Below are positions 27,413 to 36,362 of a DNA stretch of 64,000 bases, in pieces. The notes beneath the pieces are model-generated. The model searched no databases, was not told where the DNA came from, and was given only the letters and a program-made list of their open reading frames with translations. How positions within the stretch are numbered: position 1 is the first letter of the stretch; every line of letters begins with the position of its first letter. The stretch is from a virus (lineage: Duplodnaviria > Caudoviricetes): positions 46,946-110,945 of the IMG/VR virus record IMGVR_UViG_2563367078_000003. One strand, 5' to 3'. The position numbers and the translations under genes were made by a program.

Positions 27413-28119
27413 CTAGCCGCCGAATTGAGCGTCGAGTTCGCCGATGTCTTCGCTGATCCCCTCGTCCTCGTCGGGTGCGAAAATCTCGTTGGGGCGCGGA
27501 ACTCGATACCTCGGCGGGACGGGGTTTTCGCCCTCTCCGGACCACGCGCCGCCAGTGAGATACAGTAAATCTTGGAGCTTTTCGTGGATGTGGGCGAGCA
27601 TGTCGTCCGAATAAGCGCGGTCGAGGGGGCCGGATGCTTGTTCGTATGCTCGCCACTCCGCGAGTTCATGAGATGAGATGGTTTCGAGTAGTTCCTCGAC
27701 CGTTCTCCCGAGCGCGAGAGCTAGTCGGAAATAGAATCCGCGTCGGGAGTCTCGTCGAAAGATTCGGTCAGCTCCTCGACATCCTCATCCGTCATTCCGT
27801 TCAGCCGCTGGGCCGCGTTGAATACACGCTGAAGTGCCGCGACGCTTTTGTTGCCGAGCATGTCGATCTCAGCGCGGGTTTTGAACATCCGCTCGCCGGA
27901 TTCGTCGACCATGCACAGCCCGACCAGCCGGGCCCGGAAGTTGACGAAGTTCTCTTCACGCTTACCGCCGCGCGTACGGACGGTCGAGGACTCGAATTCG
28001 TCGCGCTCGCGGCCGGACAGGGTACGAACCAAGACCGAACCACCCCACTCGGGGACGTCGACTTCCTCGGTCTTGCGGTCTTCAGCGGCGAGAATCTGAT
28101 CACGATTAAGCAGAGCCAT
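27413..28119 (-). CDS. tail assembly chaperone, long (-1 frameshifted, gpGT-like) form
   Basis: -1 frame reads FYFRLALALGRTVEELL..SSHELAEWRAYE..GPL with no start codon of its own ahead of this motif. Confidence 0.75.
27721..28119 (-). CDS. tail assembly chaperone (gpG-like)
   Basis: MALLNRDQIL..VPEWGG.V.VR.LSG.ERD.FE; GAAAGG RBS. Confidence 0.85.
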   Translation of the reverse strand: MALLNRDQILAAEDRKTEEVDVPEWGGSVLVRTLSGRERDEFESSTVRTRGGKREENFVNFRARLVGLCMVDESGERMFKTRAEIDMLGNKSVAALQRVFNAAQRLNGMTDEDVEELTESFDETPDADSISD

Positions 28120-28239
28120 TTTGCGGGGCCTTTCAAAACTGTTGCGGGGCTTGATAAAACGCGGGCATGGGGAATTAAGGGATGGGTGCAGGGGCCCGCA
28201 AAAAACCTGCACCCTCCCGTCTATGAGAGGTGTTGAGCC

Positions 28240-28773
28240 TCACGCTTTTGTTTCGCCAGCCGAGCCGATCTCTTCCGCTGCGCGGTCTCCGATGGCCTGC
28301 ATCTTCGGCTCGAGTTCTTCGTCGACCTTGCTCGGCTCCATGACGTCGACCCACCAGGAGTATTTGCCGTCCTGGTGGTACCACTTCCAGTTCTTGCGCA
28401 GTTCGTCCTTTTTGGCGAACAACGGATGCCAGAAGCCGCCGTACGTGGTGTCGAAGCCGCGAGGGAGGTTTTCTTCGTTCTCTTCCGGCATCGACGTGAT
28501 GATGTGCATGCCATCGCCGCCGTCTTCGGAGAACTTCTCGACCTGGATGCCTTCCGCGATCTCGCCGAGGATGTCCTTCTTCGCCTTCGATTCGCCGCGC
28601 TGGCCTTTGATCGACTTTTGGGCCTCGCGCTGGAGTTGCTTGGCCTCTTTTTCGATCTCGGCTTGGATCCACTTCGGGAAGTTGCGGTCGACTCGGCCGA
28701 TAATGCGAGCGACGTCGCCGAACTTTTCGTAGCCTTCGAGCTTGACGTTGATCCGGGCGTCGTGTTCGGACAT
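28240..28773 (-). CDS. neck/tail-completion protein (HK97 gp10-like, tentative)
   Basis: HPLF..W..Q motif; position in tail operon. Confidence 0.55.
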   Translation of the reverse strand: MSEHDARINVKLEGYEKFGDVARIIGRVDRNFPKWIQAEIEKEAKQLQREAQKSIKGQRGESKAKKDILGEIAEGIQVEKFSEDGGDGMHIITSMPEENEENLPRGFDTTYGGFWHPLFAKKDELRKNWKWYHQDGKYSWWVDVMEPSKVDEELEPKMQAIGDRAAEEIGSAGETKA

Positions 28774-29192
28774 TAGGAAGTGGCGCGGGTGATGCCGGTG
28801 CGCTGGGTCGGGAACTTCACCTTGGTCGTCGAGAGGTCACCAACCTTGCCGGTCAACGGGGTGTACTCGAGCAGAATGCAGGTGCCGGTGAAGGACGGGT
28901 TGGTCGCCGAGACTGCGGATGCGACAGGCTTGACCACGACGGGGAACTCGGACTCGAGGTCGTACAGCGGGAACAGCGTCGCGTCGACTTCGGCGGCATT
29001 GAAATCCTGCTGAAAGTCGATGGTGAACTCGTCTTCCTTCAGGCCCGCCTGAGCTTCCTTTCCCCCACCCGCGAAATTGGTAGTATCGATTGACGCCTTC
29101 TTCAGGGCGATCTCGACGCTGGAAACGTGGTCGGAGAAGTCGACGCCATTGACGGTGATCGAGCAGTTCCGCAGGATAAACTTGTGAGCCAT
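28773..29192 (-). CDS. major tail (tube) protein
   Basis: D.SDHVSSVEI..D.T.F..GLK..F.QDF..SATNP.F.G..GKVGDL. Confidence 0.8.
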   Translation of the reverse strand: MAHKFILRNCSITVNGVDFSDHVSSVEIALKKASIDTTNFAGGGKEAQAGLKEDEFTIDFQQDFNAAEVDATLFPLYDLESEFPVVVKPVASAVSATNPSFTGTCILLEYTPLTGKVGDLSTTKVKFPTQRTGITRATS

Positions 29193-29195
29193 GGG

Positions 29196-29555
29196 TTATT
29201 TGCCCCTTCGGGTTCTAGGGGCAGACGGCCCCTTCTGGGCAGGTGTTTCTTCTGCCTCTGGAGTGGTTTCTGTGAATGGCACCGGAGGACCGGCTTCGGG
29301 GTTCAGACCGAGAAAATCAGGCTCCGAATAGTCGGCCGGAAATTCGCCGGGGGTTTCGAACGGGATTTCCATGATGTGACCCGCGAGAATCAATGCGTCG
29401 GCCTGATCTCTGGTGACTTCCAGTTCGACCGTCTCGCCCGTACATTTCCCCGCGACCGTGTGCGGACCGACCACCCGGAAAAGCCGTTTCGCCAGTCCTT
29501 GATCGCGGTTGGCGCGACGGATTTCCTCCCACCTCTGCGCATGAGGGCTAACCAA
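29196..29555 (-). CDS. hypothetical virion-operon protein
   Basis: TTG overlapping upstream stop; acidic Pro-rich tail. Confidence 0.55.
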   Translation of the reverse strand: MVSPHAQRWEEIRRANRDQGLAKRLFRVVGPHTVAGKCTGETVELEVTRDQADALILAGHIMEIPFETPGEFPADYSEPDFLGLNPEAGPPVPFTETTPEAEETPAQKGPSAPRTRRGK

Positions 29556-29880
29556 CCTGGACCACCGCCACAGTGACACTTGTCGCTGCATCGAGCGCCA
29601 GATGGGCAATGCCGGTGCCGTCGTCGTACGCCTTGCGCAGCGGAACCCACACCTCGCCGGTAGTCGCGGCAATGGTGACCGTCTTCTGCGGAAGCGCCAC
29701 GCCGTACGTAGTTGTTCCGGCGACGGTAATGGTCAGGGTGTGTGTGCTGGTATCAGCATTCTTATAAACGACGAATGTGTTGGTGCCGTTGCCGATCGCG
29801 GTTGTATCGGCGGTTGTCGCAGCGGAAAAGGTGGGCTTGGTGCCAGCGTCGGAAAGCAGCTGAATAGTAAGAGCAGCCAT
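29548..29880 (-). CDS. small structural protein
   Basis: Thr/Ala-rich beta protein, GAAAGG RBS. Confidence 0.7.
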   Translation of the reverse strand: MAALTIQLLSDAGTKPTFSAATTADTTAIGNGTNTFVVYKNADTSTHTLTITVAGTTTYGVALPQKTVTIAATTGEVWVPLRKAYDDGTGIAHLALDAATSVTVAVVQVG

Positions 29881-29910
29881 TTGTCGGCTCGCCTTTCAGA
29901 AAAGAAGAAT

Positions 29911-30336
29911 TCAGGAGTGCACGGTGATCATCAACACGGCACCGATGTGATTGATGGCTGCCGAAGAAAACGAGCCGCCATAGTCCTTCATCCCGTAGCA
30001 GTGCGCGAACACCGAGTCGTCCAGCCCGAGATTGGGGGTGTCTTCGATCGCCTGAGGGATGCTTGTCGAGCCTTTGCCGGTGATGTATCCATCGAGCTTC
30101 TGGTATGCATAGAAAGGCTCGGTGCGACTGACCATGATGTAGCAGTAGAAATGCCAGACGTGGTCACCGCCCTGCATAGCGCCATCAAAGTCGGCGAATC
30201 GGGGCTCGAGGATCGCGCAGGGAACTTCGGTCATTTCCTCGACCGACCTGTAGACGATCAGTCCGGGAATCGAGTTGCGGATCGTGGTCGTCATCGCGGT
30301 CCGGATCTGGGTGAGGGAATATGTCATTCCGGTCAC
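29911..30336 (-). CDS. tail terminator / head-tail joining protein
   Basis: IPGL..LD.Y..G.G..SI..AIE...LG; position. Confidence 0.7.
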   Translation of the reverse strand: MTGMTYSLTQIRTAMTTTIRNSIPGLIVYRSVEEMTEVPCAILEPRFADFDGAMQGGDHVWHFYCYIMVSRTEPFYAYQKLDGYITGKGSTSIPQAIEDTPNLGLDDSVFAHCYGMKDYGGSFSSAAINHIGAVLMITVHS

Positions 30337-30974
30337 CCGACCATTGGATGATCAGCGCAGTACGGATCGAGCATTTCGGCCGCCTGCGGCATATCGTGAA
30401 CGCGCACCGTGGGCAAACCTCGACCACCGCTGAGCTGCGTACCTGATACGCCGAGCGGTGCGGTGCCCATTTTGTAGTTCTGCGCGGCCACGGCCAGGCA
30501 TGCTTGTTTGACAGCGTCGGGAACCGCAGCCCAACCCCAATGCGCGGTTATTTCGAGCCGGGAGATATCCCACAAATAGCGCCAGAACGGCAGAACCATG
30601 CGTCGATACGGCCACCCGGCCACGCCATTGACGACGCCATTGAACGGCTCGAGTTCGTAATCGGTGTTCACATTGAACGTCGTCAGCGCCGTCGAGGTGA
30701 TCGTGCGGTGCTGAATGACCAGGTCGGCGGTGGTGTACAAGTCGTCGATCAGTACCAACCGCACCGCCGAAGGCCGGAACACTCGCGTAGTCGCAGGCTG
30801 TCGGACGCCATTGACGTCGTAGTCATTGTTGAACTGCCTGGCGCAATAATTCTCGATCTCGCGGCTTGCGGCATTGATCGCGGCCGTCAACGACGTATCG
30901 AAGTTGGTTTCGGTCGGATCGAGATGCATATACGCTTTGATGTCGGCCAGGGTGCAGTAGTTGTCGCCGTACAT
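30333..30974 (-). CDS. head-to-tail adaptor
   Basis: YCTLADIK..AASREIENYC.RQF..GWAAVPDAVKQAC..LDPY. Confidence 0.85.
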   Translation of the reverse strand: MYGDNYCTLADIKAYMHLDPTETNFDTSLTAAINAASREIENYCARQFNNDYDVNGVRQPATTRVFRPSAVRLVLIDDLYTTADLVIQHRTITSTALTTFNVNTDYELEPFNGVVNGVAGWPYRRMVLPFWRYLWDISRLEITAHWGWAAVPDAVKQACLAVAAQNYKMGTAPLGVSGTQLSGGRGLPTVRVHDMPQAAEMLDPYCADHPMVG

Positions 30975-30992
30975 GTCACGCCATCTCTCGGG

Positions 30993-31256
30993 TTATTCGG
31001 CAGCCTTCGGGGGGCGACCCGGGCGCTTGACCGGCGCGGGCTTTTCAGCCGGGGCTTCGAGGGCGTCGTTGACCACAACCCGTCCGTTGTCCATGCGCTC
31101 AGGCTCGAGAACGTCATCCGGTTTGAATAGCGACATCCGGCCGTCGAGGATCTTGTGCCCTTCGCGGACGCGGGTGCCGACAGCACAGAACTGGTGATCG
31201 CCGTTGTCGTCGTGGTACCAGAAACTGGTCTTGGCGAGGTAGATTTCGCCTGCCAT
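30993..31256 (-). CDS. small protein following major capsid
   Basis: GAAAGGA RBS; KRPGRPPK tail. Confidence 0.7.
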   Translation of the reverse strand: MAGEIYLAKTSFWYHDDNGDHQFCAVGTRVREGHKILDGRMSLFKPDDVLEPERMDNGRVVVNDALEAPAEKPAPVKRPGRPPKAAE

Positions 31257-31272
31257 ATCAATCCTTTCGAAA

Positions 31273-31347
31273 TAAACGAGGTCAATTCCGCAACGATTTA
31301 AAGCCTCCGTATGCGGAATTCGTTACCGGCTTCATCGACCTCGTTTA
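31273..31347 (-). terminator. stem-loop after major capsid gene
   Basis: TAAACGAGGTC / GACCTCGTTTA IR. Confidence 0.5.
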
Positions 31348-31357
31348 AATCAATCGA

Positions 31358-34063
31358 TTACGCCTGGCCCTGAAGGACCTTGAAAGCGTTCGGAACCAGA
31401 ACGACCGAGTTGTTCATCCAGATCGCATAAATACCGCGCTGGCCGGTCGGACGCTGGTTCGAACCGAATACCTGGGGGATCAGCTCGACACTCATGCCGA
31501 TACGGTCCACAATCAGGAACTGCTGGAAATCACCAAAGATCAGGAACAGGTCGCCGGTAGCGTGGGTCGACGCCATGACCGAGGACTCCAGAGCTGGGTA
31601 ACCCAGCAGCTCCGAAGGCATTCCCGCGCCAATGCGCTGCCACAGCTGAGCGCCACCGTACTGATCGAACTGGCGAATCTTATTGTAATTCGCGCGGTGA
31701 GCGATAAACTTGGCGTTCGCATTACGCCAGCGCGGATCGAGGCTTTCCTCGAGGTGGTAAACATCAGCGGCAGTGAATGCCTGACCCGGAGTCGCGGCCA
31801 CGTAGGAACCGCCCGGCAGAGTGCCGATGACGCCGCCCGCGTTGGTGCCGGTGCCATCCCCCAGCATGAACGAGTTCGCCTCTTCGCGACCCTTGGCGTC
31901 AACCAGAGCGCGGGTGATCTCGGAACGCACCTGCGACCAAGACTCAGCCAATTCGTACGAGAACGGAATGAAGCCAGCGACACGGTTGGTCTTCACGGTC
32001 GGCTGGGTCAGGGAGAAGCTGTTGTCCGACGCTTCCGACGCCTCAGCAGAACGGGTGACGCTGGTGCCCGCAGACACGACGCCCATCCATTCCTTGCCGA
32101 CGATCTGCTCGACGCGGGAAACGCTCCGCAGCGGATCGATGACGCCAGCACTCGTAAGGATTACAGTAGGATCGAGTTCGAACGGCACAGCATACCCGCC
32201 GCTACCGTCAGTTCCCAAAGACAGAGCACGATATTCCTCGCCGGACAGCATCTGCGGCGTACCCGCAGCAACCGTCTTCGACCAGGCGCGCTCATACAAG
32301 CTCGAGCCGGTCCGCAGCATCCGATGAGCCAGGGTGGCGTTCTCGTCGTCGACGGTGTCCAGCAGCGCCTGTGCGCTCGTCTGAGCGTCCTCCTTGGCAA
32401 CCATGCGGGTGTAGTTGGCGCGCTCGATTGCACGGGCGGCGTTGTCCCGGACCAGCTGCAGGTAGTCGTCCTCGTTGTGCGACGCCTGGCGGATCTCGTT
32501 CAGGTCGTAGATGTTCTCCGGCTTGCGGCTACCGGTCGGAGCAGACGAGAACGAACGCTCGGTGCGGCCCTCCCGCTCGCCCTCGGCCAGCTCGTCCATC
32601 CGCTTCAGAATCGCGGCGATACGAGCCTCCACCTTCGGCCGCTCATCGCGGAGTTCGGTGTTCTCGGTCTCGACGTCGGCAGGCAGCTCAGCGTCACGGA
32701 ATTCGACATTGATCTCGGCAACGCGGGCATCGATCTCCGCCAGGCGCTGCCGCAACTCGGTAAGAGTCACAGGGGTTTTCCTCTTTACGGGAGCCTCATC
32801 GGCTCGGGTTTCTTTCTTTTCGGACTCCCGTGCGCGCAAGGTGCCTTCATCGGCGGCGTTGTCGTCTTCGGGGTTAATGGCGTCGGTCAGGGTGTCGCGT
32901 TGTTCGACGGCGCTGTCCTCAGCGGATTTGGATTCGATGTCAGCGCCGAACTTCTTCGCTGCGGCCCTGATCTTCGATTTGATTGCCTGCAATTCATCGG
33001 GGCTGTAGCCCTTCTGGTTTTTCGGCATGTTTATGTACGACCACGCGGCCCTGACGTGAGCCTTCGTGTCGATCGGGTATTTGCCGTTCTTCGGATCTGC
33101 GTAAGCGACGTCGCCGTAAGGCTTTTTGTCATCGCTGGCGCGGCCGTCCGGCATAGTCGGGGAATGCGTCATACAGACGCCGTTGGAAAAGGAATGCTCT
33201 ACGCCGTCTTCATCGACATACGTATCGACCTCGGCGTCGACATCCTTTGTGTCGTCATCGCCATCGGTGTCGCCGTCGAGTGCGGTTTCCGGCGGATCGG
33301 TCGGGCCGTCGCGGAGTTCTTTCGCCGTCTCGATCGCCTTGTCGACATCCGCCATATGAATGTGGATCTCGGTCTTCGGAGGTTCGCTGCGGACGGTTTC
33401 ATCGGCCTTCGGAGCGGCTTCCAGCTCGGCCATCGTTCGGCGGTATTCATCGACAATCGCCTGGCGCTGTTCGTCGGTGATCTCGTCCATCGAACGGACG
33501 CCAACCGAAGTGCCTTCGTAAGCCGGATAAATCACAGGCCCGGCTTCCATCAGCTTGACCTCGCGGATAGTCCGCTGCAATGGGCCGCGATCTCCGGCAT
33601 CCCACAGGAGCCTGTTCAGCTCATTGCCGCCAACGCTCCGCCCCTGAGAGTCGGACCAGTCCTGGCGAGTGACAGTGAAAGTGAACGACATTCCGCTGAT
33701 GGCCTGCGCTTCAATGGCCTGGCGGATCGGCTCGACGAGGTCGTTTTCAAAAAGCCGTGCCTCTACATACAAGCCGTGGTCGTCTTCGCGCATCTCGGTG
33801 AAGACGCCGATCGGGACGCCACCAGTGCGGGAATCACGGCCGTGCGCGAACTGGCAAATAGGAAGCTTGCCCTCTTGGAGGGTCTTTTTGAAGCAGCCAG
33901 GAGCCAAGCGCTCGGTAAACGCGCCTTCGAAACTATTGATTTGCGTGTCTTGTCCAAAAACAGCCGCGTAGCCGCACAACGTTCTCTTATCACTGGGAGC
34001 ATCACCGGTTGCGGCTAGCGTGAAATCGACGTCGCGAGTTATGATTCTATTGGCTGGAGGCAT
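31358..34063 (-). CDS. prohead protease - linker domain - HK97-fold major capsid fusion
   Basis: GYAAVF..GCF..H..GMSF.F..E..P.YEGT protease; GGYAVP, GDF..F.I.DR.G capsid motifs. Confidence 0.92.
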   Translation of the reverse strand: MPPANRIITRDVDFTLAATGDAPSDKRTLCGYAAVFGQDTQINSFEGAFTERLAPGCFKKTLQEGKLPICQFAHGRDSRTGGVPIGVFTEMREDDHGLYVEARLFENDLVEPIRQAIEAQAISGMSFTFTVTRQDWSDSQGRSVGGNELNRLLWDAGDRGPLQRTIREVKLMEAGPVIYPAYEGTSVGVRSMDEITDEQRQAIVDEYRRTMAELEAAPKADETVRSEPPKTEIHIHMADVDKAIETAKELRDGPTDPPETALDGDTDGDDDTKDVDAEVDTYVDEDGVEHSFSNGVCMTHSPTMPDGRASDDKKPYGDVAYADPKNGKYPIDTKAHVRAAWSYINMPKNQKGYSPDELQAIKSKIRAAAKKFGADIESKSAEDSAVEQRDTLTDAINPEDDNAADEGTLRARESEKKETRADEAPVKRKTPVTLTELRQRLAEIDARVAEINVEFRDAELPADVETENTELRDERPKVEARIAAILKRMDELAEGEREGRTERSFSSAPTGSRKPENIYDLNEIRQASHNEDDYLQLVRDNAARAIERANYTRMVAKEDAQTSAQALLDTVDDENATLAHRMLRTGSSLYERAWSKTVAAGTPQMLSGEEYRALSLGTDGSGGYAVPFELDPTVILTSAGVIDPLRSVSRVEQIVGKEWMGVVSAGTSVTRSAEASEASDNSFSLTQPTVKTNRVAGFIPFSYELAESWSQVRSEITRALVDAKGREEANSFMLGDGTGTNAGGVIGTLPGGSYVAATPGQAFTAADVYHLEESLDPRWRNANAKFIAHRANYNKIRQFDQYGGAQLWQRIGAGMPSELLGYPALESSVMASTHATGDLFLIFGDFQQFLIVDRIGMSVELIPQVFGSNQRPTGQRGIYAIWMNNSVVLVPNAFKVLQGQA

Positions 34064-34653
34064 CTATCTAGCTCCTCGATAAACTCCTCAGCAGTCTTCG
34101 CATTCTTCCGAAGGTTGCACTGCTGGCAGGAACGAACGAGGTTCCACCAATGATCGGTGCCGCCTCGAGATAATGGATTCATGTGATCGACATGCATCGA
34201 CTCAGCGGATTTCCCGCAGTAATAGCAGGGGTCGTTGGCTATACGTTTGCGCCATTCAACCGAGTCGATCTTGTCTTGGGCCGTCATGCCGACTGCGCCT
34301 TGGTGACGCCTTCTGGCGCTGTGGGCGCGGAAATATTCAGGATGGCCGTCTCGCCACTCTTTGTTCATGGCGAGGATGTGCTCTTTATTCGCTAGGTAAC
34401 GATCCCGGAAGTAGCCAGGATTGGCCTCGCACCAGTTCTTGAATCGCTCCTGCGAGGCTTCTTTGTTGCGCCAGTAGTAGTCACGCATGTCCGCCAGGTT
34501 CTTGTCGCGGTTCTCGTAATATCGGGCGCGCTTATTGGCTAGCAGCTTTTCGCGATTTTCCGCTTCGTAAGCTTTTCTGTAGTGCGGTCTGCACTTCTTT
34601 TTGCAATAGACTGGATCGTTGCAATTTTCGATCTCGCAAACAGGCTTACTCAA
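34039..34653 (-). CDS. HNH endonuclease inserted between portal and capsid
   Basis: CYYCG..HVDHMNPLSRGG..WNL..C..CN..K. Confidence 0.88.
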   Translation of the reverse strand: MSKPVCEIENCNDPVYCKKKCRPHYRKAYEAENREKLLANKRARYYENRDKNLADMRDYYWRNKEASQERFKNWCEANPGYFRDRYLANKEHILAMNKEWRDGHPEYFRAHSARRRHQGAVGMTAQDKIDSVEWRKRIANDPCYYCGKSAESMHVDHMNPLSRGGTDHWWNLVRSCQQCNLRKNAKTAEEFIEELDRCLQPIES

Positions 34654-34665
34654 GGGCTTTAGTCC

Positions 34666-36192
34666 TTATTGCTGCTTTGATTGCCCTTGCTGCGGGCTTT
34701 TCTTTGCGGGCTTTACGGGCTTGACCGGTTCTGGACCGTCTGCTTTGTTCGGGTCCGCAGCCAATTGCTGATCGCGAGGAGGCAGCGTTTCGGTCGGGGC
34801 GTCGCCGGAGTAGTCGGTCATATGGCCGAGGCCGGGAGCCATCAACTGGACCGAGAAAAGGCCGCTGTGCTCGAGCAGAGTCCAGTCCTTTTCGATCAGC
34901 GCCTTCACGACCGACTCTGGCGTGTAGCCTTCTTGGACGAGCCGCGCGATAGTCATTGCCTCTGTCTGCTGCAGCTGAGCGACGATTTCGCGGTCCTCTT
35001 GCAAGAACGAGATATCGCGGTCGTCGTACCAGAGGCGGCAGTTCGCAGGGACGGTGATCAGCGGCGCGTACGCGGCACACAAATCACGCCACAGCGGCCG
35101 GATCGTGCCGTTCGCGAACTGATCAGCGGCTGCCTGGTAGTTGCCCTCATTGAGAGCGGAACCGCGCATGCCTTCCGTCAGGCCGACAACGGTCGGAGGA
35201 ACCCGCGCGGCGGCGGCGATGCGCAATTCGGCGATGGAAGTCAGCTTCGAGAAGTCGATTTCCTGGATTTTCGACCCGAGCGGGGAAACCGTAGCGCCGC
35301 CACCGAGATACAGCGTCTCGCCAGCGTGTGACAAACCGTGCTTGGATTGGTTCATCATCGTCATGAACTCGTGGAATTGCTCGGAGGTCACGGTCGGATC
35401 GAACGACACCAGCAAATTCGGCTGCGCGGAGTTGTTGAAGTAGTTGACTTTGTAGGTCGATGCGGCTTCATCGGAGATGACTTCTTTGATGATCGGAGTC
35501 ATCCACGACATGCCGCGATACTGCGCGAGAGGATCCGGAATGGGAGCCCAGTGCGCGACAATGCCGTTCGAGCCGTCAGCGGGGAACAATTCCCACTTCG
35601 TTTTGTCGTCAGTATTGCCGGGCTTGTAGATGTACCCCTGGATATCGGAGTGAAGCGCTTCCTCGGGGTTCTTCGTCAGAACGATCGACACCCAATCCGG
35701 GCGCAACCTGCGCAATCGAGGACCGTCAGGGCCGTCTTCGCGCAGCACGTAATGGTTGCCGCAGAGGTCGACATCTTGTATCGCGTGCGCGAGGAGCTGA
35801 GAAGTGGTGCCGTTGGGCCATGGTGTGCGCAGCAGCCTGATCGACCGTTCGTTTTCGTCGGTGAAGTCTCCGGGGCGGCCTTTGCTCATTTTCTGGAACG
35901 CGAACCGGACTTCGGTGAAAACCATTTGCCGGGCGAGGCAGCACGCGAACACGACGCCGCTGGACTTGTATCCGGCGTTGACGTACCCGGCGAAGTCGTT
36001 GGGGATTGTTTCGTGGCGCTTATTACTGGAGGCATCGTAGGTTACGAACGGAAAAGCACCGCCGAAGCCGCCTGCGATCGGATAGGCGCTGCCTTGGAAG
36101 GTGAAGTATTCGGCGAGGGCGTTTTGATCGACGACCGGGAAGCCTTGATCTCGCTTTTCCGGGCGGCGCAGGAGAGACCAGAGATTGGGCAT
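34666..36192 (-). CDS. portal protein (HK97-like)
   Basis: GN.Y..LRPD.V..RGMS..IAAA..VPP..G; follows terminase. Confidence 0.9.
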   Translation of the reverse strand: MPNLWSLLRRPEKRDQGFPVVDQNALAEYFTFQGSAYPIAGGFGGAFPFVTYDASSNKRHETIPNDFAGYVNAGYKSSGVVFACCLARQMVFTEVRFAFQKMSKGRPGDFTDENERSIRLLRTPWPNGTTSQLLAHAIQDVDLCGNHYVLREDGPDGPRLRRLRPDWVSIVLTKNPEEALHSDIQGYIYKPGNTDDKTKWELFPADGSNGIVAHWAPIPDPLAQYRGMSWMTPIIKEVISDEAASTYKVNYFNNSAQPNLLVSFDPTVTSEQFHEFMTMMNQSKHGLSHAGETLYLGGGATVSPLGSKIQEIDFSKLTSIAELRIAAAARVPPTVVGLTEGMRGSALNEGNYQAAADQFANGTIRPLWRDLCAAYAPLITVPANCRLWYDDRDISFLQEDREIVAQLQQTEAMTIARLVQEGYTPESVVKALIEKDWTLLEHSGLFSVQLMAPGLGHMTDYSGDAPTETLPPRDQQLAADPNKADGPEPVKPVKPAKKSPQQGQSKQQ

Positions 36193-36193
36193 T

Positions 36194-36352
36194 TCAGTCG
36201 TCCTTGACGTCGATCACCAGCGCGGCAGCGAGAACCAGCAGGCCGCACACGATGAGCGCGATAGGGCCCCATTCCAGATATGCGCCTGCGGTAGCCGATG
36301 CGATGCCGGAGAAAGCGGCGATTACGGCCACGAGGGGCTTTACATGCTTCAC
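36194..36352 (-). CDS. small 2-TM protein between terminase and portal
   Basis: GAAAGG RBS, VAVIAAFSG...ALIVCGLLVLAALVI. Confidence 0.7.
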   Translation of the reverse strand: MKHVKPLVAVIAAFSGIASATAGAYLEWGPIALIVCGLLVLAAALVIDVKDD

Positions 36353-36362
36353 GTGGGGCCTT

